Of a stretch of DNA of 64,000 nt, positions 56,769-64,000 are shown piece after piece. The translations under genes and the position numbers were made by a program. Each line of letters begins with the position of its first letter. The stretch's first letter is position 1. This DNA comes from Gammaproteobacteria bacterium (GTDB lineage Bacteria > Pseudomonadota > Gammaproteobacteria > SZUA-152): NCBI GenBank assembly GCA_011321815.1, contig DROS01000023.1, positions 27,653 to 91,652 on the forward strand, given 5' to 3'. The notes below the pieces were generated by a model. The model did not search any database. It saw nothing but the letters and a program-made list of their open reading frames with translations, and was not told where the DNA came from.

Positions 56769-58723
56769 TTCAGTTCCTTGCCAGACTCAGCCGCATCGGC
56801 AGCCAGGTCCTGCAAATGCGCCAGAGAAAATCGTGCCTGATCCAGATAATCCACCAGCCGCGCACGCAACACGTCAAGCTCAATGTCCACCATCTCCTGT
56901 AACTGGCGTTGCTGCTCATCAAAAGCGGCTTTGATTTCTTTGCGCAACAATGCAATACGTTGGCGTTTGTTTTTGATATTTTGTGCATAAGTGTCAAAAT
57001 TTACCGGTGTGCTGCCCCGCACCCGCTGTAATGAATTTTGTCGCTGTAACGTTTCCTCCAGTTCCGCATCCAGTGAATTCAGACTTTTTCTCACTTGCTG
57101 GAAACGAATCGCGTAAGTGGTCTCAATTTCATAATCCAGCAATCCCTTGTACAAACGATAACGATCACGATAACTGTCCAGGCGTTGCATATGACGACCT
57201 GGCTGATTCGACAACCGCCAAATACGTTCCTCCACTTTGCTCAGGCGCTCCATCAGTTTTTGTTCTTTGCCGGTCAACAATGCAAAAGCATCTTTTGCCT
57301 CGCCAATACGCGCCAATTCATCGGCATAAATATCACGACTGACACGCACATCCTGTACATGGCCCAACGTTTGTTCAGGTGTCAGTTTATCAAGTTGCGC
57401 TTCATAAGTGGCCCGCCGCAACGCCAGCATATCTTCGAGCGCAGGCACCTCAGTCACCCAGCGCCCCAGATTTCTGTCCAAGAACCAAAGATCACGCAAA
57501 TTTTTAATGGCTTCGTGAAAACCATGGCCAGCCATCACCACAGGCAAATATCGGGCCTCAGGAGTATCCGGTAATAACTCGGCCTCCCAAAACCACCCCA
57601 TTTCATTACGCGACACCTGCGCCAGCAAATCCGCCCACAGACGTCCTTTCTTCACAGCCACCACAGTGTCGTTCAGCGCCGCCAGCTCCCGCTCAAAAAT
57701 GGCAATCGCATTATTGTAGGACTCCATGGCCTGTGGGAATGCACGCAAGCGCTCCAAGGCATTCCCCCTGCCCAGTAAAGCCTCAAAAACAGCGGGGTCA
57801 GTTCTTTCACGTGTTGCCAATTCCCCCCATGGCACCAATGCAGCCTCGTAGCGTTGCAACTCCACTTCAGCCCAGCCCAAACCCAGCAGGGCTTTGTTTG
57901 AAAATGGACCCTGCAAACGCACACGCTGTAAAAAATGCTTTGCCACTACCGGCATGGTTTTAATCAATGAAAAACCCAGAACAAGATTGGCTTTGTCGCG
58001 CAATGCCTTTTGATCACTGGCGCTGGACTTTAGCTCGGCCACCTCGCGCAGCAAATTCATTCCCGCTTCTTCACGGCCATCCTTTTCCTGGTCACCATTT
58101 TCCTGGCCATCGTTTTCACGACTGGCGCGAATCAGGGCTACCCCCAGATTAAAGCGCGCATAATTGGCTTTTTGCTCACCCTCATCTTCTACCAAACCCT
58201 GTAACGCGGTTGCCGCCTCTGTATATTTTTCCTGCGCCATCAACAAATTGGCTTTCAGGATACGAAACTCTTCCTGCAAAGATTCATCAAGCGCATCCCC
58301 CACCCGCGATAGCGCAGCTTCAGCTTCAGGAAACAATTGTTTCTGGTAACGAATTTTCCCCAGATAAAACCAGGCCCTGTCACGCACCTCAGGCGCGACG
58401 GCATCATCAATCAATTTCTTGAAGATTTTTTCGGCATCCGAATGCAAACCATAAGAAAGATACAGGCCACCCAGTAATAGCTCACTGTCTGCATCATGGT
58501 GTTTGAGTCGTTTTAACTGTCGTGCCGTTAACAGGTTAACCGCCGCCGAAAAATAATTTTGCTGGTAAAACTCATACAACACTGCGCCGTAATGTGGGTC
58601 TTTCACTGCGGAGGGAAGCGGCGCACCGGACATAGCCAGCGGAGACACCAACGCACCAAGCCCGGCGATAAAAGACGGCGCCCAAAAACGAAATGGCTTT
58701 GAAAAAAACACGATCAACCCCAA
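56765..58723 (-). CDS. Exported TPR / coiled-coil protein
   Basis: DPHYGAVLYEFYQQNYFSA, RAWFYLGK, ARFNLGVAL, ALLGLGWA; 4-bp overlap with the next gene. Confidence 0.85.
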   Translation of the reverse strand: MGLIVFFSKPFRFWAPSFIAGLGALVSPLAMSGAPLPSAVKDPHYGAVLYEFYQQNYFSAAVNLLTARQLKRLKHHDADSELLLGGLYLSYGLHSDAEKIFKKLIDDAVAPEVRDRAWFYLGKIRYQKQLFPEAEAALSRVGDALDESLQEEFRILKANLLMAQEKYTEAATALQGLVEDEGEQKANYARFNLGVALIRASRENDGQENGDQEKDGREEAGMNLLREVAELKSSASDQKALRDKANLVLGFSLIKTMPVVAKHFLQRVRLQGPFSNKALLGLGWAEVELQRYEAALVPWGELATRERTDPAVFEALLGRGNALERLRAFPQAMESYNNAIAIFERELAALNDTVVAVKKGRLWADLLAQVSRNEMGWFWEAELLPDTPEARYLPVVMAGHGFHEAIKNLRDLWFLDRNLGRWVTEVPALEDMLALRRATYEAQLDKLTPEQTLGHVQDVRVSRDIYADELARIGEAKDAFALLTGKEQKLMERLSKVEERIWRLSNQPGRHMQRLDSYRDRYRLYKGLLDYEIETTYAIRFQQVRKSLNSLDAELEETLQRQNSLQRVRGSTPVNFDTYAQNIKNKRQRIALLRKEIKAAFDEQQRQLQEMVDIELDVLRARLVDYLDQARFSLAHLQDLAADAAESGKELK

Positions 58724-58728
58724 CTAGC

Positions 58729-59454
58729 TCATTCCCATTCTTTGACTACAAATTCTGGTTGTAGTTTTTGTGTTACATCCACTATTTTGAGTTCCATAAA
58801 TTTAGCAGCAGAGCCTTTTTTGAATTTCATTGTCGTGCCACGGCGGTACTCCCGGTTATTCGGCCCCGGCCCCCGAAAAGTGGCTATGAGCTCATGCTCA
58901 CCCGATTTAACATTACCGATATACAGACGCTGCACACCGCCTCGCTTCAACGCACCCAGCTCACGTTTCGTGTAAAGATGATTCGCCACCACCTTGTCAT
59001 CAATTTTAAGCTGCACTGAGTCCAACCTGAAAAATTCACCAACATCTATGGATAAAAAAATCGCCACTTGTGTGCTGGAAGGAAAAAGCAGCTCTTCTTC
59101 GAGGATAAAAAGATCGCGATTCAGGCTCTTTACCTCTTTTTTCAGCGCTTGTACCCGATCATCCAACGTGCGTGTATCGTTAACTTTTGGATTATTCTGT
59201 ACCAGCGCTGGTTCTGCTGCCGGTTGTTCTGCTGCCGGTTGTTCCGCTGCGGGTTGTTCCGCTACTGGTTGTTCCGCTACTGGTTGTTCCGCTACTGGTT
59301 GTTCCGCTACTGGTTGTTCCGCTATTGGTTGTTCCGCTGCGGGTTCTGCCGTATCCACCGCCAAAGCCGATACCGGTAACGCACAAACAAGCAACAGACA
59401 CAACCATTGATTAAATTTGATATTTTTCATCTTTAGTCTCATTTCAAACATCAT
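58729..59454 (-). CDS. Exported protein with an AEQP repeat linker (conserved member of the operon)
   Basis: Signal peptide, 8x AEQP[IVA], then LNRDLFILEEELLFPSSTQV...GGVQRLYIGN. Confidence 0.82.
   Translation of the reverse strand: MMFEMRLKMKNIKFNQWLCLLLVCALPVSALAVDTAEPAAEQPIAEQPVAEQPVAEQPVAEQPVAEQPAAEQPAAEQPAAEPALVQNNPKVNDTRTLDDRVQALKKEVKSLNRDLFILEEELLFPSSTQVAIFLSIDVGEFFRLDSVQLKIDDKVVANHLYTKRELGALKRGGVQRLYIGNVKSGEHELIATFRGPGPNNREYRRGTTMKFKKGSAAKFMELKIVDVTQKLQPEFVVKEWE
59222..59341 (-). repeat. Coding tandem repeat, 8 x 15 bp
   Basis: Units of ggttgttccgctact with variants, encoding AEQP[IVA]. Confidence 0.93.
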
Positions 59455-59559
59455 TTCATCAACAATGAATTGACTCGTGACGCTTCTGATTAAATCTGGC
59501 GAAAAAGTTAAGGTCCAATATTTCCAGTGATAACTTAGTCAGAAACTCTTTGATTACAC

Positions 59560-60732
59560 TCAGTACCAAGCCGATACAAATATACGGAATACATTTGCCG
59601 ACAGACTGTACAGAGGCTCTGTCCCAGGGGTGGCACTGGCAACCCTTAAATCACGGAAATTCTCATAGTCAATCTGAATACGATTATAAAAAAGGTTCGC
59701 GCTACCTTTATCGATAAATCCCCAGCCATGTTTTTTAAATTCATAGCTTACGCCCAGGCCAATGGTCTGGGTTGAATAAGTACTTAACTCTTTATCCCGT
59801 GCGCGGTAAATAAATTCGGCAGACCCGTTAAACAAGTCACTATAAAAATCTGCGCTACTCTGAGAATATACACGATAACTGATTTCGTATGTCAGACCTT
59901 GTTTTGTCGGATGAACATAACCAAGCTCCGCCATGTTGCCATTAATGCCCCAGGTATCCGTATAGCCACGCATCTCTCCACGTATCGCCGCCCGATAAGG
60001 TAAATAATACAAAGCGCGCATCGCAACCGCATGACTGGTGCGCGTATTCGGGTATACCTCACTTTCGGTAGCATATGACGTCGGACTAACCAAGTAACGA
60101 ACCGAACGATATGGGTTATTTAAAAAACCTTCATCAGTGATAGTTTCGAAATTTAAGCCCAGCAATAAATTCTTGGTCAGCACCTGTGATAAACCCAACT
60201 TATATTTTTGACGATTGGCTTCCTCTTCAAAGGAGGGAGAGCCCGTGGCAGTAATGACATCCCAACCTTTTGCGTAACCCAGCGTTACCGTCGTCAAATC
60301 ACCAAACATCAACTGGCTGACGCCAAAATTAACTGCGTTGGCATCAAAATCATTTTCCACACTATTAGTGTACGACAGGCTCAATGTGGTATTGTCATAT
60401 AAATAGTCCGCACCCAGCGTTTTTTCCGTGCGTTCTTCCGTGTACTTACTGGCGCTGGTTACAACGTCAATGGTGGCAGAGCTAATAGTATCAACATAAT
60501 AATTTCCCCACACCGAGGTATATTTACCGATAGATTTCCGAGCCAATATTGAAGGACCGTTAACCTCCAGCCCACCGCCGGAATAAGAGTGGTACATAAC
60601 GTCGGCACGATTTTCCGGCAATACTGCCGCCATCAATGGCACACACACACCCAACACACCAGCAAACACCAGCCCCCAATGGAAGTTTCCGGCAGGCGGG
60701 TTTGTTGCCGCAGAGGATTTAGTTACAGCCAC
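59560..60732 (-). CDS. DUF3570 family outer-membrane protein
   Basis: ADVMYHSYSGGG, VDTISSATIDV, GFLNNPYR, RDKELS. GTG start (VAVTK) overlaps the DUF4266 end. Confidence 0.85.
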   Translation of the reverse strand: MAVTKSSAATNPPAGNFHWGLVFAGVLGVCVPLMAAVLPENRADVMYHSYSGGGLEVNGPSILARKSIGKYTSVWGNYYVDTISSATIDVVTSASKYTEERTEKTLGADYLYDNTTLSLSYTNSVENDFDANAVNFGVSQLMFGDLTTVTLGYAKGWDVITATGSPSFEEEANRQKYKLGLSQVLTKNLLLGLNFETITDEGFLNNPYRSVRYLVSPTSYATESEVYPNTRTSHAVAMRALYYLPYRAAIRGEMRGYTDTWGINGNMAELGYVHPTKQGLTYEISYRVYSQSSADFYSDLFNGSAEFIYRARDKELSTYSTQTIGLGVSYEFKKHGWGFIDKGSANLFYNRIQIDYENFRDLRVASATPGTEPLYSLSANVFRIFVSAWY

Positions 60733-60937
60733 AACCGCCACCTGCTCCACCCTCTGCACCACGCGCGCCTTCACGTGCCTCGAACACATGATTGATGTAC
60801 GCACTGGCCACCGGGTCACGACTAAAGCTCATAATTGGATCGGCAAGATTTGCGCGCTCGTACGGCTCCACCCACGGTTTGATGCTGCAACCCGTCAATA
60901 CAAACATCATCACCAATACTGATAAAAGGAATTTCAT
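60719..60937 (-). CDS. DUF4266 family lipoprotein
   Basis: LTGC lipobox, VEPYERANLA...MSF, REGARGAEGGAGGGCGCN. Confidence 0.9.
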   Translation of the reverse strand: MKFLLSVLVMMFVLTGCSIKPWVEPYERANLADPIMSFSRDPVASAYINHVFEAREGARGAEGGAGGGCGCN

Positions 60938-60944
60938 ACCGACG

Positions 60945-61463
60945 TTATTCCTTGATCAACTCTTTTATTTGCTTAATGTATTCCTCTTCATAACCCGGCA
61001 AATATCCCCGATGCAGGTAACGCACAGTGCCATTACGATCCACCATCACCGTACTGGGCATGGCCACCACTTTATAAAGCTTGGTTACCTCATTGGTGTT
61101 GTCATAAAGAATAGGAAAACTCACCGGTATTTCACGCAACAGATCCGCAGCCTTGGACGAATCCTCCTCCACATTCACGCCCAGCAATACAAAACCAAGA
61201 TCGCTGTATTTTTTATAGATGTCTTCCAGCAGAGGCATTTCCTGCCGGCAAGGCGCGCACCAGGAAGCCCAGAAATTGATCATCACCACTTCTCCGCGCA
61301 GTTCACTCAACTTTACATTTTCGCCACTGCGTGACTTCAGCGTAAAATCAGGTGCCGTGCTTCCGACAACATCCGCCTGCACACTTGTCGAAAACAACAT
61401 ACCGGCCGCCAATAACACAACCATATTTTTTACGATATTCCTGAATATGCTCATCATTACCAC
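60945..61463 (-). CDS. TlpA-like thiol-disulfide oxidoreductase
   Basis: APDFTL, NFWASWCAPCRQEMP, cis-Pro AMPST. Confidence 0.93.
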   Translation of the reverse strand: MVMMSIFRNIVKNMVVLLAAGMLFSTSVQADVVGSTAPDFTLKSRSGENVKLSELRGEVVMINFWASWCAPCRQEMPLLEDIYKKYSDLGFVLLGVNVEEDSSKAADLLREIPVSFPILYDNTNEVTKLYKVVAMPSTVMVDRNGTVRYLHRGYLPGYEEEYIKQIKELIKE

Positions 61464-61537
61464 CTCTTTGCTATTTTCAAAACATTACGCCCGGCACTGT
61501 CGCTACATCTCTCTACTCATTCAAACCCGGCAGGAGC

Positions 61538-62212
61538 CTAGAAAAAAACACTGAAACCACCCGTGAATTCAAGATTATTCGTCGTCTTGTCGCCAAATAA
61601 ATCCATTTTAAAAATATGATTCCGCATGTCGAGATGAATGGCTAGCCAGTCTGTGGCCAAAAACCGGTAACCAGCCCCAAAGTTGACAGTAAACCGGTCA
61701 TCATCGGCGAAGTTGGTATTGCCCACGCCAGCAATGACATACAAAGCGGTATTAAATGCCCAACCTTTACCCATGAAGGCTTCACCAGGTAACAGGTTAT
61801 AGCCAATGGACGCATTGTAATAAGTCAATTCACGCTGATTATCCGACAACAATGGTGCTCCACCGCTCAGGAGTTCATAGCTCGTTTCACTGGTATCCGT
61901 TTTGGCATACGCTGCTTCAAAAAAGACCGTTTCGGTAACGTGATAAGCTGCACGTGCGCCAATCACCATATTTGTACCAAAATCTTCTGTGCTGTACAGG
62001 CCCGAGAAAACAGCAATTTCAAAGTCCTCTGTGTCAATGGCGTCGACATCTATGGTACGCCGTTCAATTTGTGGTTGAATCACTTGCTGTTGAACTGCAT
62101 CATTATTACCATTGGTCACGGCATCTGCAGACCATGCCATGCTGCTGACCAGCAGCATGCACATACCCCGCAAAATATTCATTAGAAAAAGAACGCGAAG
62201 CCTGCCTTCCAT
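61538..62212 (-). CDS. Outer-membrane beta-barrel protein
   Basis: Signal peptide, IDTEDFEI, alternating beta-strands, C-terminal Phe (GGFSVFF). Confidence 0.83.
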   Translation of the reverse strand: MEGRLRVLFLMNILRGMCMLLVSSMAWSADAVTNGNNDAVQQQVIQPQIERRTIDVDAIDTEDFEIAVFSGLYSTEDFGTNMVIGARAAYHVTETVFFEAAYAKTDTSETSYELLSGGAPLLSDNQRELTYYNASIGYNLLPGEAFMGKGWAFNTALYVIAGVGNTNFADDDRFTVNFGAGYRFLATDWLAIHLDMRNHIFKMDLFGDKTTNNLEFTGGFSVFF

Positions 62213-62958
62213 TCCTCAAATTCCTTGTTGTCATCGTTGCTGGTAAAGCCAACGTAGTTTTTATATTCGGCGCGAAAAATAAATCGCCGGGTAAGATACA
62301 CTTTTATTCCAACCCCCGCGTGTGCAACCAAATCCTGACTGTCTCGCACCTGGATCAGGGTAACGCTCGGCCTGCTGGTAATCTGACCAGCACCCAAAGT
62401 AAAAAAGGGCGAGTAACGCCACTTTGAAAACGGCTGCAAAAGCAGATTAAAATTCACTAATTCACTACTGGAAAAATCGCCGGTTACCTGTGATGCGGAT
62501 ACTTCTGCTGACAGATTGGCGCTCAGCGCATAAGCGCCATAGGCTGTCATCACTGGCGCGCCGTTAAACGAACCGCCCACTAAACCTATTTCCCAGCGGC
62601 GCTGGCTGAAGTCCCCTAATCCTGCATCGGAAAACGCCGTTACCTCACCACTTGGCGTTAGGGTTTTTTCCATTTGTGTTCTGCTTACCCAGCCGGTTTT
62701 ACCTTTGGCGGTACGCACTTTAAACCAATCCGTTTTGCGTTTGATCACTTCAACAAAATCGCCACGATCCACCACATAAAAAATTGGGTAACCTGTACCC
62801 GGACCGACATGTAATTCAATGTATGGGTCTGCCACTTTTACTTCGGGATAAACGTCTTCATCGGCATTCGCCAATGCCGCCATCAACAGCAATATCACAA
62901 GCAATCCCACGCGCATTGCTCTATGTCCCATTTGTCGACGCACAGGAAATACAATCAT
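62182..62958 (-). CDS. SH3-domain + outer-membrane beta-barrel protein
   Basis: ADPYIELHVGPGTGYPIF...WFKVRT...GWV (bacterial SH3), then a barrel ending KAGFAFFF. Confidence 0.83.
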   Translation of the reverse strand: MIVFPVRRQMGHRAMRVGLLVILLLMAALANADEDVYPEVKVADPYIELHVGPGTGYPIFYVVDRGDFVEVIKRKTDWFKVRTAKGKTGWVSRTQMEKTLTPSGEVTAFSDAGLGDFSQRRWEIGLVGGSFNGAPVMTAYGAYALSANLSAEVSASQVTGDFSSSELVNFNLLLQPFSKWRYSPFFTLGAGQITSRPSVTLIQVRDSQDLVAHAGVGIKVYLTRRFIFRAEYKNYVGFTSNDDNKEFEEWKAGFAFFF

Positions 62959-63271
62959 TTGGCAGGTTGTTTATTTTCACACCGGTTTTCACTATCAAAT
63001 CAACGGCTAAGCGCTCAGTTTCTTTATTTTTATTTACTATTTACGCCGCGCTGATTAATCAGCTTGTGATGCCGCTCACAGGCAACAGCTATTGCGGATA
63101 AAACATAGTACCGTGAAGGATACCCAGGGAGCCAGACCCGGACATATTACCGTCCGGCAACACTATAAAAAACGCAAACTGACGGCCTCCCTCAGCCAAT
63201 CAGTTTGCGGGTAACAGTTTACCGATTCACACGCAATGCAGCCAGCATATCGGCAAAACCTTTTTTATATT

Positions 63272-64000
63272 TTATGGTGGTGGCGCATCAAAAGTATTAT
63301 TGAAATATTGCGCGCCAATGTCTAACCATTCGTACAGCAAACGCAGTTCAGCCGGGGTTAATAAACCCTCGTGCAGGTCACCCGGCGTGTTAAAGCGATC
63401 AAAAAATCTTGAACTGGCAATTGCGCCATTTACCCGCATGGACGGCGCTTCTTCGGCTGGTACATTTCGCGTGATCATAATAGGAATCGGCATCATCGTA
63501 ACAGGATCAATAACCTGTACAACTTCTCCGGTCACCGGGTCAACCATGGTCTCAAACAACAGCTCATTGGTTACCGGGTCACGCGCCTGCACTTCTTCGG
63601 TGACCGGCGTCAATGCCCCTCCCACCAATTGCCACTGCACGCGATCCTGAACAAACAATTCCTGGTAGGATTTGAAACGATCCGGGTCATTATCGTTCCC
63701 TCGCAATCCGTCGCTGAGATCCAGCTGCGCCATGGGTACCATGGGCGCATTGGCAGCATCCTGGTTACTGTGGCAGGAAGTACAGGTACGATCCAGCAAG
63801 CCCGTCGCAGTATCGGTACGCGGCAAGCTCCACAATGGGTGAATGCTGTCTTCATAGTTAATAATGGTACGACAGGTAAAGTCCCATTTTGCGTCCGCCA
63901 CAGCCCCGGGAGTACACTGCGCAGACGCAGGAATACCTGCCGCCATCAACACATCCAGACTGGCATAACGCAGATCGAGCACAGGTGGTATTTCGCTCCC
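63272..64000 (-). CDS. 3' part of a large hypothetical protein with a CxxCH motif (runs off the window)
   Basis: Frame is open to position 64000 (GSEIPPVLDLRY...). CTSCH at 63770-63784. Ends LLYEWLDIGAQYFNNTF. Confidence 0.8.
   Translation of the reverse strand, partial: GSEIPPVLDLRYASLDVLMAAGIPASAQCTPGAVADAKWDFTCRTIINYEDSIHPLWSLPRTDTATGLLDRTCTSCHSNQDAANAPMVPMAQLDLSDGLRGNDNDPDRFKSYQELFVQDRVQWQLVGGALTPVTEEVQARDPVTNELLFETMVDPVTGEVVQVIDPVTMMPIPIMITRNVPAEEAPSMRVNGAIASSRFFDRFNTPGDLHEGLLTPAELRLLYEWLDIGAQYFNNTFDAPPP

Noticed and set aside
59210-59349. Regular repeats as a possible CRISPR array
   Set aside because: Units are contiguous 15-mers with no unique spacers, in frame inside a CDS, and no cas genes are present.
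58729-59454. Recollection that homologs are labelled AraC-family regulators
   Set aside because: It has a signal peptide and no HTH; treated as an exported protein.
30-63855. The many short overlapping or antisense ORFs in the track (e.g. 30..356, 8384..8947, 42671..43162, 47969..48544, 58994..59410)
   Set aside because: They are shadows of confidently identified genes on other frames or strands, with no motif or RBS support.

Overview
Bacterial window, probably from a marine-type gammaproteobacterium (inferred from gene content; flanks about 50% GC in hand-counted samples). The centre (4.4-36.0 kb, all minus strand) is a compact, apparently self-contained trans-AT polyketide synthase cluster. 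It has a truncated FAAL, three PKS genes with 6 KS domains, a full beta-branching cassette (ACP/KS/HCS/ECH/ECH), a trans-AT, an acyl hydrolase and a free-standing PAPS-dependent sulfotransferase. Its architecture is unusual: an ACP-DH*-ACP unit with no KS, an N-terminal DH*-KS, a KS|KS junction with no ACP, and unreduced terminal modules. It is bracketed by a 50-bp direct repeat (49/50 identical, 32,495 bp apart) with a nested-palindrome MITE-like element just outside the right copy. No integrase is visible. Left of it are the 5' end of ilvD, DUF302, a cytochrome c, a NERD-helicase that has lost its ATPase core by an in-frame deletion, and an orphan secreted protein. Right of it are a histidine phosphatase, arsM, a spondin pair, signalling genes, trmO, a PagL-like barrel, msrA, a Fur-boxed Fe3+ ABC pair, a SleB-like hydrolase and a GT2. 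The window ends in an uncharacterised envelope operon (CxxCH protein, SH3/barrel, OM barrel, TlpA, DUF4266, DUF3570, TPR lipoproteins). No rRNA, tRNA or CRISPR array was seen. All family calls come from motif recognition by eye, not database searches.
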